64,000 bases of DNA, taken from positions 17,417-81,416 of IMG/VR virus record IMGVR_UViG_3300021378_000014. One strand, written 5' to 3'. This DNA is from a virus. Positions 20,135 through 28,289 of this stretch are shown one piece after another. The stretch's first letter is position 1. Every line of letters starts with the position of its first letter. The position numbers and the translations under genes are program-made. The notes beneath the pieces are model-generated. The model was not told the origin of the DNA, searched no databases, and worked only from the letters and a program-made list of their open reading frames with translations.

Positions 20135-21635
20135 GACTAAGTGCTACGTATAAAAGATTAAAATATTGTATCTTTTTTATACGTAGTTCTTCATCTCCAA
20201 CTTTAAGTCGAATTGCAATATTTTTACCATCAACAAAACTATTGCTGTAAGTACTACCTTGTGATTTATGGGTAGTGATTACGTAGCCATAATCTATATC
20301 TTTTTTAGGTAAATTTTTAAGAACAATATTATTAGCTTTAGCGTATTTAGCTACAGGACTAGTTTTATAATCATTAAAACTATCAAGTAATAAATAATTT
20401 TTACGCCATTTAAAATATTCAACCCAAGCTCTACCTTTTTGGGTACGAGCAGTATAATGAATACTTTCATGCAATAAAGCAAAATTATCATACGATTCAG
20501 GTTTAACAATATTTAACCAAGGAGTTAGTTCTTGATTACCTGTGTTTTGTAATTGTACTTGCCATGATTTAATAGCGTCTTTATCGTTATGTTCTAATTT
20601 AACTACTTCGTATTCTTGTGAATTAGTTACAATTTCACTTCCTTTTCCTGCAGATACAGTAGTGTAACACATCAATAAATCGTTAAGTGTTATAATCTCA
20701 TCAGTACCAATAATGGCACTACGTACTATGTTATTCCATTCTTTTACTGATTCATTAGTAAAAGTACAAAGTCTTGCGTAATTAGGATCAAATTTAAACT
20801 GTTCATTGCCAAATGTATCTAATACTTTATCTGTAAAATACTTTTTATCTCTAGTAAATTCATACCCTTGTCCATATTGATTATAAATCATTGAGTGATT
20901 AATACAAATGTATCGAAAGAGATGTTCACGGATTAATTGACCTCTATCGTCACGATCATTATTTACACGTAAGAAATTAAAACCAGGTACAAGATGTTCA
21001 GCACTTTCTGTAAATTTAGCGTATTCATCTGTATTAAAACCACTAGTAAGAGTAGTAATATCACAACGTATAGCGTTAGCTAGAAATACCAATGGATTAT
21101 CGGGTTTCTGACGTACTGGTTGTCTTAATTCAAATATATAATCAGATAGTATAAATACAGGACTAGCAGCTTCACCAACAGGAGGTACTTGATAACCATC
21201 ACCAATAAACAGAATTTTAGTCTTAAATCGGTATGCTAGTTCTTTAATAAATTCAAACAGTTCAGTATTAATCATACTAGCTTCGTCAATCAGAAGCAGT
21301 TTATATAATCCCATTTGTGGCTCATTTCTACGAGCAAACTTTGGGTTATTTATATCGAAATTGTCAAGTAAAGTATTAGGAGCAAGACCACAAAGAGCTT
21401 GTACAGTAACAGCTTCAAGTCCAGTTACTAAACGTATAACATTCTTTGCTTTGTGAGTAGGTGCTGATACAGCAACTCCAAATTTATATTTAGAGTTCTT
21501 TGTAATTAGTTCAGACAAAAAAGTCTTACCAGTACCAGCAGGACCGATAAGACTACAAAGATAAGTATCAGTATCGTTATTAATCCATTCAACTATCCTA
21601 GTTAGAGCAGTTTCCTGGTCATTGGTTAAAGTCAT
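20103..21635 (-). CDS. Dda/RecD-like SF1B helicase
   Basis: GPAGTGKT, APTHKA, IDEASM, IGDGYQVPPV, VRQ, TTHKSQGST, LYVALSRA. Confidence 0.92.
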   Translation of the reverse strand: MTLTNDQETALTRIVEWINNDTDTYLCSLIGPAGTGKTFLSELITKNSKYKFGVAVSAPTHKAKNVIRLVTGLEAVTVQALCGLAPNTLLDNFDINNPKFARRNEPQMGLYKLLLIDEASMINTELFEFIKELAYRFKTKILFIGDGYQVPPVGEAASPVFILSDYIFELRQPVRQKPDNPLVFLANAIRCDITTLTSGFNTDEYAKFTESAEHLVPGFNFLRVNNDRDDRGQLIREHLFRYICINHSMIYNQYGQGYEFTRDKKYFTDKVLDTFGNEQFKFDPNYARLCTFTNESVKEWNNIVRSAIIGTDEIITLNDLLMCYTTVSAGKGSEIVTNSQEYEVVKLEHNDKDAIKSWQVQLQNTGNQELTPWLNIVKPESYDNFALLHESIHYTARTQKGRAWVEYFKWRKNYLLLDSFNDYKTSPVAKYAKANNIVLKNLPKKDIDYGYVITTHKSQGSTYSNSFVDGKNIAIRLKVGDEELRIKKIQYFNLLYVALSRAKEKSIIYV

Positions 21636-21650
21636 AATTTTGTTTATTAT

Positions 21651-22049
21651 TTAAAATGGCGTTTTATCCATTATATGTTCATTTAAAAATTTAAAAGCAT
21701 AAGCAAGTGCTTGTAAATATATTTCACTTGTAGTATTAATTACAGGATATGGTTTTTGATAGGCTATATATAGTATATTAAGATCAACATCAATATAGTC
21801 TAAATTACTATCTTGTGGTAATGTTCCTAACAATACATTATGTATAACAAATACATCGTAGTTATTTGCATAAATACTACAACATATATTATGAGCATAG
21901 AGAAAGTCTATAAATATACCTATTTGATAATCAAAATCTAGTGCAAGAAAACTTGCAATAGGCATTTGACCAGCTTTATGCTGAGTATACCATTTTATAA
22001 ATACTTCTCTTGTTTTAAGTAAAGTTCCAAGATACTTAGCGATATTCAT
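21651..22049 (-). CDS. hypothetical protein
   Basis: 132 aa ORF coupled to the RepL-like gene. Confidence 0.6.
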   Translation of the reverse strand: MNIAKYLGTLLKTREVFIKWYTQHKAGQMPIASFLALDFDYQIGIFIDFLYAHNICCSIYANNYDVFVIHNVLLGTLPQDSNLDYIDVDLNILYIAYQKPYPVINTTSEIYLQALAYAFKFLNEHIMDKTPF

Positions 22050-22510
22050 ATATCTAGTATTAACGGTTTAACATTTAAAAAATTACCTTTAAACAAAATA
22101 TTCGGATTAATCCAATATACTGTTTTTACTTTGATATGTTGAGCTATAATATCATTATCCTTAAGGTCTTTAATACCTCTAAAATATTTATTACGTTCAA
22201 TTGGAATATTATTGTTTAATACTATACAATCCCTTTCGTACTCTAAGTTTTTAAAGATATACCAAAAGACTTCAAGTCCAGCACTATTAAGTTTTTCTAT
22301 TTCATCAATAGAAAATATTTTAGTGAATGGTCTTTTATCAACTTCTTTTAATATAATAGTTTCACTATCAAGTTCAATTCCCGTTGCTCTTTCAAACACT
22401 TGAAAGTGCCCAAGTCTAAGTCTACCTGCTTCTATCTTTCCTACTTTGGTTTCTACAACAAACGGATTTGTTGTTCCAGTATCCATTAATATTTTAAGGC
22501 TACTACTCAT
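22046..22510 (-). CDS. RepL-like winged-helix protein
   Basis: FTKIF...YFRGIKDLKDNDII...VYWINPNILFKGN, the C-terminal signature of the RepL family. Confidence 0.7.
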   Translation of the reverse strand: MSSSLKILMDTGTTNPFVVETKVGKIEAGRLRLGHFQVFERATGIELDSETIILKEVDKRPFTKIFSIDEIEKLNSAGLEVFWYIFKNLEYERDCIVLNNNIPIERNKYFRGIKDLKDNDIIAQHIKVKTVYWINPNILFKGNFLNVKPLILDI

Positions 22511-22563
22511 TGCAGTATTAATTTTAACATTATTAATAATGTAAATTTACGAAATTTAGTTGT

Positions 22564-22602
22564 AAAAAGTGAGATTTCCGGCTATCGAAAATCTCACTTT
22601 TT
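22564..22602. terminator. bidirectional hairpin/terminator or operator upstream of the RepL-like gene
   Basis: AAAAAGTGAGATTT-N11-AAATCTCACTTTTT, perfect 14-bp arms. Confidence 0.6.
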
Positions 22603-22682
22603 GAACTTGAAAACTACTGATTATCAGCGAGTTATGAAGGTTTCCTTCTTAAAGAAGGGAGGGTGTAAAAATTAACACCAGT

Positions 22683-23123
22683 CTAATCTTCATCTTCATC
22701 ATTAGAATCAGTTTCAGCTTCACCAGAATCAATATGATTTTCATGAAAAAACACTTGATTTTCGTGTTCATCATAGATACGTATTGCTATTCTATTATCA
22801 CCTTTAAGAAGAACCTGTAGTTCAATCTTTTCCTCAAAATATATAAATAAAGCTTTTCTTTTAAACTCTAGCCCTTTGAATATAGCATTATTAATAAGTT
22901 CGTAAATAGTTTCATTACGAACAATAATGGTTTGCGTATATTTCCAAAGTTCACGAGCACTAATACTAAAGTAACAATCCACGTATTGCTTATTGTCACG
23001 TATCTTATTCTTATACTTAGTCGGTATACTAGTGATAGTTTTACTAGTTGTTTTTACAGCAGCTGTATTTTTAATTAACGGCGCTATGCTATTTGCTTTA
23101 GCGATAAGATTTTGTAAATCCAT
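22683..23123 (-). CDS. hypothetical protein with acidic tail
   Basis: 146 aa; starts about 10 nt from the motif inverted repeat. Confidence 0.65.
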   Translation of the reverse strand: MDLQNLIAKANSIAPLIKNTAAVKTTSKTITSIPTKYKNKIRDNKQYVDCYFSISARELWKYTQTIIVRNETIYELINNAIFKGLEFKRKALFIYFEEKIELQVLLKGDNRIAIRIYDEHENQVFFHENHIDSGEAETDSNDEDED

Positions 23124-23199
23124 CGAGGTATATTTCTATTACTGGGAAAGATTAAGGCAGTCCTAACTTCTTTCCCAGTAATAAGAAAGGGCTGCTTAG

Positions 23200-23463
23200 T
23201 TATAACTTGATTACTGCGTTAGCAGTAGTTTTAAGCTTATACGTAGCTTTATTACGTTGTACAGTAAGCGGTTTACCAAATCTAGCTCTTTGCCATTGTT
23301 TAGGCGTAAGCTTAAAATGCATTATACCACTAGTTTTAAGTTCTTTATCTTCAAAGTGTTCGTATTGAGCTACCACATCTATGGCAGATGTAACTGGTTT
23401 TAAATAATTATAATTACTTCTTTCCAACTGCACCCCGCCCGTGGCATAATGCGCATTCTTCAT
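23200..23463 (-). CDS. hypothetical basic protein (start uncertain)
   Basis: 3' part of the 115 aa track ORF; its 5' part overlaps the Zn-finger ORF. Confidence 0.4.
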   Translation of the reverse strand: MKNAHYATGGVQLERSNYNYLKPVTSAIDVVAQYEHFEDKELKTSGIMHFKLTPKQWQRARFGKPLTVQRNKATYKLKTTANAVIKL

Positions 23464-23605
23464 GTCTTCCTCTATTTCCACAACAACTACATTTACCTCC
23501 AACAATTTTAGCCTTACAGCATTTACTGACTTGACCTCTACCGCCACAAATAAAACAAGTTGTTGCTTTGATTATTTCAATTAAATTAGTTATAAGTTTA
23601 ATCAT
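23414..23605 (-). CDS. DnaJ-type zinc-finger miniprotein
   Basis: CFICGGRG, CSCCGNRG, CALCHGRG (CxxCxGxG-like repeats). Confidence 0.65.
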   Translation of the reverse strand: MIKLITNLIEIIKATTCFICGGRGQVSKCCKAKIVGGKCSCCGNRGRHEECALCHGRGAVGKK

Positions 23606-23711
23606 GGTTTATTGATTAATAATGCCGACTTCAACAATCAAGTCAAAGCCGGCATAAGTTTATTACTATCGGTCACCAATACTCATACCAGTACTGGTAA
23701 TGATGTCATAT

Positions 23712-23945
23712 TCACCCATGTTGTTTAGGTTTACGGAGTTTTTGCTTAAATTTAAACGTATCTCCTTCCTTGATTAATTTATTAAGATGTTCTTTTGCAG
23801 CTTCAGACGTACGAAAGCCATTTGCAGGTTGATTTGCTATATCAGCATTACTTACGTTTTGTTGAATAGCGAAAGAACTAGTATTATTTTTCTTAATTAC
23901 TTTAATGTAAAAAGGAATTGCAAATACACGCTTTTCGTTTTTCAT
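23712..23945 (-). CDS. small basic hypothetical protein
   Basis: 77 aa, coupled to the upstream ORF. Confidence 0.55.
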   Translation of the reverse strand: MKNEKRVFAIPFYIKVIKKNNTSSFAIQQNVSNADIANQPANGFRTSEAAKEHLNKLIKEGDTFKFKQKLRKPKQHG

Positions 23946-24265
23946 TATTTTGTAGTTTTAGCTGCAATTTCATGAGCATAGGCCATTCTCCACATATTAC
24001 CACCCATACAAATCATTTTATCTAATTCATATACATTTTGATGTGGTTCGCGGGCAGTTTCAGCTCCAACACGAGTTTGATATGTATCAATCAACGTCCC
24101 TTGACGATCAGTTACAAAACGAAACACTCCAAATTCTTTACCAGTATATGGATTTTTACCGGTAGCGTAATTTTTTGTTTTTCCATTGTTATTACGTCCA
24201 AGTTTACGATTAGCTGCTTTTACACCGCTGGACTTAGTACTACTTCTTTTCTTAATTGCCATCAT
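23945..24265 (-). CDS. basic hypothetical protein
   Basis: 106 aa with a K/R/S-rich N-terminus. Confidence 0.6.
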   Translation of the reverse strand: MMAIKKRSSTKSSGVKAANRKLGRNNNGKTKNYATGKNPYTGKEFGVFRFVTDRQGTLIDTYQTRVGAETAREPHQNVYELDKMICMGGNMWRMAYAHEIAAKTTK

Positions 24266-24314
24266 GTAATTGTTTGTGTTATAACTTATAGGTTATAACG
24301 GATTAATAAATTAG

Positions 24315-24483
24315 TGGGAATAGTGGGATTCGAACCCTGATATATATTTATTACAACTAGTATTATGTAATATCAATCATTTTACTTAGTTAACCAACAG
24401 CGTAACAATTTCAGTTACTAGTACTGCTAAAATTAACACTAGAGTTTGTATCTAGTCTAACTCTCCAACGTTAGCGTATTCCC
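24315..24483 (-). pseudogene. tRNA-like element with about 100-nt insertion in the variable region
   Basis: Acceptor GGGAATA/TATTCCC+A, D arm CTAAC-GTTGGAGA-GTTAG, anticodon arm CTAGA-TACAAAC-TCTAG, T loop GGTTCGAATCCC. Confidence 0.7.
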
Positions 24484-24517
24484 CCCAGTACCGTAGGTAC
24501 AGAACTTTAATTAATAG

Positions 24518-24601
24518 TACCGGGAAAGGGACTTGAACCCTCAATTCCAGATGGAAACAGGATTTTAAGTCCTGCGTGTCTACCAATTTCACCACCCCGG
24601 T
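24518..24601 (-). tRNA. tRNA-Leu(TAA)
   Basis: ACCGGGG/TCCCGGT acceptor, GTGAAATTGGTAGACAC D arm, CAGGA-CTTAAAA-TCCTG, long variable arm, GAGGG-TTCAAGT-CCCTT; no encoded CCA. Confidence 0.93.
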
Positions 24602-24628
24602 ATGTAATGCAGTAATCAATACATTTAT

Positions 24629-24796
24629 TTATCGTATAATCAATTTGTGTAACTGAAATATAATAATAAACAAAAGTATAGCTTCAATGTTTACATCTAG
24701 CACTGTAGATACAATAGCTATTATACCGAATATAATTACTAGTACTAATAGTGTAAACATTAGTTTCTCTATTTGCAGTTTGTTTATTTTAATCAT
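24629..24796 (-). CDS. small two-TM membrane protein
   Basis: Manual translation MIKINKLQIEKLMFTLLVLVIIFGIIAIVSTVLDVNIEAILLFIIIFQLHKLIIR (55 aa, below the track cut-off). Confidence 0.5.
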   Translation of the reverse strand: MIKINKLQIEKLMFTLLVLVIIFGIIAIVSTVLDVNIEAILLFIIIFQLHKLIIR

Positions 24797-25020
24797 AACG
24801 AGTATACAGGTGAATGAATAAAAAGTCTATTTGGAATTGGTATCCATCATAGGTGATAGATAGTAAACTACGTTCATTAAAGCTGGTAATAAACGTAGCT
24901 ATTGCAATTCCATAACGAAAACTAAGTAGTTCAAATTTCATTATCTTGCGTTTATAGATATAGGAGCAGTTATCTTATATTGATAAGCTCTATACCGGAT
25001 TGTATATAAAGTTTTCAGTC

Positions 25021-25203
25021 TCATAATCGTACGTTTAACAATAATAATAATCCTGTGAATATTCCAATGACAACTATAATTAGCTGTAAGCCTAATATTA
25101 TATCATTGTCATAGGTATATTTACATACTGGATATATACATATAATACATAGAATAATAAATGCTGTATATAGTATATTTAATCGTTGTTTAGTTATTTT
25201 CAT
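25021..25203 (-). CDS. small two-TM membrane protein
   Basis: Two hydrophobic stretches in 60 aa. Confidence 0.55.
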   Translation of the reverse strand: MKITKQRLNILYTAFIILCIICIYPVCKYTYDNDIILGLQLIIVVIGIFTGLLLLLNVRL

Positions 25204-25341
25204 CTAGTAATTGTTTTGTTTTGTTTGTCATTGTATTATGTTTTTCGTCAGTGCTACAATATTATAGCAGACTACCACCCGTAAAGGTACAAGAACTTTA
25301 ACTTGTTTATTGGTAGTTTCGATCAGTTTTTTATGTTAAAA

Positions 25342-25623
25342 TTATTCAGGCAAAAGTATCGTGATATTTACACTTTCTTCCGTAATTGTAACATCAATGT
25401 TGTATTTAGTGAATAATTGTGAGTTCTGTAGTTGTAATCCTAGTATGAATAACAAATCAGTTGCAAAATTATTTGTTACTATCATATTGGAATTGAACAT
25501 ATCACGTATTACAATTACTAGTCGGGCTTCAATAGTACCTTTAGGGTATGCATGGGTTATTTTCATGGTATTAGTTTTAGTAGTTATTTTATGTCTTGAG
25601 GTTTGCGATGTATTGCGGAACAT
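25342..25623 (-). CDS. hypothetical protein (likely start at MKITHAY)
   Basis: Same strand as its neighbours. Confidence 0.5.
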   Translation of the reverse strand: MFRNTSQTSRHKITTKTNTMKITHAYPKGTIEARLVIVIRDMFNSNMIVTNNFATDLLFILGLQLQNSQLFTKYNIDVTITEESVNITILLPE

Positions 25624-25784
25624 TGAAGTTACGCTTTAATAATAAGAGGGTGATGGGTAATAGTATGATTATGGTTAATAAAAAGGGAATTAATATTAGG
25701 GATTTGGGTATGGTTAAGGGGAAGAGTACGGAGTACAGGAACACTATCACCTATCCTAATCTCCGTACTCTTACCAATTCACTT

Positions 25785-25979
25785 CTAATTCACTACTGTA
25801 ATTCTTCCGCATTCTGGACATTTGCAATTACCTTTAGGTTCTTTTCTAGTTCTAGTTACAGAACCACACCATTTGCATATCCACAAGTAAGCCTTATTCA
25901 TCGCCGATGTAAGTTTCACATCCACATTCGTCACATTCTTTAGTACCTCTTGGTTTAAATAATGTACGATGAATAGCAC
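25785..25979 (-). CDS. zinc-ribbon miniprotein
   Basis: CKWCG...CPECG; start uncertain. Confidence 0.55.
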   Translation of the reverse strand: MLFIVHYLNQEVLKNVTNVDVKLTSAMNKAYLWICKWCGSVTRTRKEPKGNCKCPECGRITVVN

Positions 25980-26017
25980 TACACCATTTACATATCCAGA
26001 AATGAGATTTAAGTTTG

Positions 26018-26311
26018 TTAAACATTGCTTATAGCATTAAAGGTTTCATTAATAGCTTCATACGATCGCTTAATCGTAATCCACGTTCCAACTTCGGTAA
26101 TAGCGTTAAATATATGCTCGCTATTACCATTCATTTCCGTAAGCATATCTACGGCAGTATTCCAGTTCTCTATTAGTTGATTACTATGTGTAATCAAGTT
26201 ATGAACTACATCTCTATTACTATTGGTAGCTACAGTATCTCTGTAAACTACCATTTCTTCTATCAGTAATCTTAGTGTATTAATAGAGAACTGATTAGTT
26301 TCAGTTCTCAT
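26018..26311 (-). CDS. hypothetical protein
   Basis: 97 aa helical ORF. Confidence 0.6.
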   Translation of the reverse strand: MRTETNQFSINTLRLLIEEMVVYRDTVATNSNRDVVHNLITHSNQLIENWNTAVDMLTEMNGNSEHIFNAITEVGTWITIKRSYEAINETFNAISNV

Positions 26312-26508
26312 AGTTATATATTTAATTTATAGTTGTACGATGTTTGCAACTTATTTAATAGTACGATGTTTGCAGCTACGTTGGGTAGCAGAAACAATTG
26401 TACATCTAAGTGTGCATTTAAGAACACTTCACATATTAGTAGGTAGTTCTTTATTGAGGTTGCGATTAACAGCATCACGAGTTCAGTTAAGAACGCGTGA
26501 TATTGCTG

Positions 26509-26691
26509 CTATTGAGAGATAAAAACAGATGTTCCTGTGCCAGTATTACCTAAATACACACCAAGTTTACCGTTAGGTAACGTTTCGGTGTATTCTTCAG
26601 AATACTCTACACATACCATATTTGGATGGTTTTGTTTAGCTTCAGCTACTGTATTATATACGTAGTAAGCTTTAGTTGCTGGATAGTACAT
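26509..26691 (-). CDS. hypothetical protein
   Basis: 60 aa, adjacent to the 26694 ORF. Confidence 0.5.
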   Translation of the reverse strand: MYYPATKAYYVYNTVAEAKQNHPNMVCVEYSEEYTETLPNGKLGVYLGNTGTGTSVFISQ

Positions 26692-26693
26692 AG

Positions 26694-26933
26694 TTAAAAA
26701 ATTTGGGTATAATCGTGTACAATATAAGTATAACCAAGGCTATTACCTTCTGGCACATTTTCCCAATCCTGATGAAGTAGCTGCTGTACTAGCAGCAGTA
26801 ACTTCAGCGTAATATCGTAATATTTAGCAGCGGCTTCTTTAGCTTCCTCTACAGTTTCAAATTCTCCTACAGGCGCTGACCACGCAATGTGGTTACTTTG
26901 AATTTGATCACTAACTTGAGCTACAGTAAACAT
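26694..26933 (-). CDS. hypothetical protein
   Basis: 79 aa containing GEFETVEEAKEAA. Confidence 0.55.
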   Translation of the reverse strand: MFTVAQVSDQIQSNHIAWSAPVGEFETVEEAKEAAAKYYDITLKLLLLVQQLLHQDWENVPEGNSLGYTYIVHDYTQIF

Positions 26934-26943
26934 AGTTAATTCA

Positions 26944-26996
26944 TTTAAAAGATTAATAAAAAGGGTAGCAGCCTTACGACTACTACCCCTAATTCA
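26944..26996 (-). terminator. terminator cassette, copy 1 of a 53-bp direct repeat
   Basis: GGGTAGTAGTC-GTAA-GGCTGCTACCC-TTTTTATTAATCTTTTAAA on the minus strand. Confidence 0.8.
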
Positions 26997-27007
26997 AAAT
27001 GTTATCG

Positions 27008-27241
27008 TTAAGCTATTCGTCTAACACTTAACGGCATAATCTTTTCTTTTAGAATCTTCCGATTATAAAGATTATCCGTTTCTTTTTTATTAATACAGCT
27101 AACTTCTACGTTAACTGTATCTTTTTCTTTATCGTAATTAAAGATTTTTTCTACTTTCCAATCACCTATCCCAGATTGGATCATAGAGTGCATATGATGC
27201 ACTTTCATAATAAAAGTTCTTGTTTTCTTTGAATTATTCAT
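27008..27241 (-). CDS. hypothetical protein
   Basis: Start placed at MNNSKK; lies between the two terminator repeats. Confidence 0.55.
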   Translation of the reverse strand: MNNSKKTRTFIMKVHHMHSMIQSGIGDWKVEKIFNYDKEKDTVNVEVSCINKKETDNLYNRKILKEKIMPLSVRRIA

Positions 27242-27251
27242 TGTTGTTTTG

Positions 27252-27304
27252 TTTAAAAGATTAATAAAAAGAGTAGCAGTCATAAGACCACTACTCCTAA
27301 TTCA
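27252..27304 (-). terminator. terminator cassette, copy 2
   Basis: GAGTAGTGGTC-TTAT-GACTGCTACTC-TTTTTATTAATCTTTTAAA on the minus strand. Confidence 0.8.
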
Positions 27305-27316
27305 TTAAATACTAGA

Positions 27317-27964
27317 CTACGGATTTACTTCTTCCAAATCTAGCTCTTCAGCAGGCACTTCTACTTTACTAGCAGATGGTACATTAGATGTAGTCATCAT
27401 GCTAACAAACATCTGTGTTGCTGCATTCTCGGTCATACGGCCAAGTTTACCTGCAACTTCAGCAGACGGAATGTAAGTAAAGCCAGTAATTGAAAGAAAA
27501 GTGCTGGTATAAGTACCAGTAACTTTACGGCCAGCTTTCTTTCCAGTATACGTTTCACCTTCGATATTAAGTTTAACATCAAGAGTAAATCGACCTTGGT
27601 CAATCGCGCCAGTTGTTGCAATACCCATGTGCGAAAAATTAGCGAAACGTGCATTTTTAGCTACAACATCGGCACGTCCAGGTGCTAACAAAATAGTGTC
27701 ATGCTTTTCGCCGACGCACAAGCCACGAGCAAAGGTTTCATCCATATCATCAGGATCAATACCAATAGATACACGTGGCGCACCATTTACCATATTAGGT
27801 ATAATGCCTAATGTAGTAATGCCTACTGTTACTTGTGCAATACCAGTTGGATTGTCAATACGAAACTGCTTTATGTAAGCAGCCAACGCTGCTGCATAAG
27901 TTGCAGCATCTTCATCACTTAAAGCCGCTACTTGGGCTTTAGTAAGAAATTGAAATGTGTTCAT
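27317..27964 (-). CDS. hypothetical protein with acidic tail, first large gene of the left arm
   Basis: 215 aa, A/T/G rich, ends EELDLEEVNP, followed by its own terminator. Confidence 0.75.
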   Translation of the reverse strand: MNTFQFLTKAQVAALSDEDAATYAAALAAYIKQFRIDNPTGIAQVTVGITTLGIIPNMVNGAPRVSIGIDPDDMDETFARGLCVGEKHDTILLAPGRADVVAKNARFANFSHMGIATTGAIDQGRFTLDVKLNIEGETYTGKKAGRKVTGTYTSTFLSITGFTYIPSAEVAGKLGRMTENAATQMFVSMMTTSNVPSASKVEVPAEELDLEEVNP

Positions 27965-28076
27965 ACTAAAAGTGTTTAAAGGTTAAAAAGAATATGTCAA
28001 GTATTAGTAGGTGGTTTACGATTAAGGTTACGTCTAAACAGAGGAATATTACTATTGCTAGTAATATTCCTTACTG

Positions 28077-28289
28077 TTAGAACTGTTGTACGTCAGTTAA
28101 GAGGCTCGCGCATACTTCAAATATAGCAATGCTATTAGTTATATAAACTAATACAGCAATACCAGATTTAAATTCAGAATGTACTCTTTGGTTTAGTATT
28201 CTAACCGTTGTACCTCTAGCATAATGAGTACCGAGGGGTTTAGTACTAGTTCTGCAAGGTACAATATCGGCAGCTAGGTATCTGCGCAT
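28077..28289 (-). CDS. small beta-rich hypothetical protein
   Basis: 70 aa, followed by the hairpin AGGAATATTACTA-TTGC-TAGTAATATTCCT (28042-28071). Confidence 0.4.
   Translation of the reverse strand: MRRYLAADIVPCRTSTKPLGTHYARGTTVRILNQRVHSEFKSGIAVLVYITNSIAIFEVCASLLTDVQQF

Noticed and set aside
24315-24483. tmRNA or group I intron-containing tRNA
   Set aside because: Only 169 nt, has an anticodon arm, lacks the Ala G3-U70 identity pair, and the insert is too short and in the wrong position.
26335-26374. 14-bp direct repeat GTACGATGTTTGCA (two copies)
   Set aside because: Only two copies 26 bp apart; most simply a local duplication, with no support for function.
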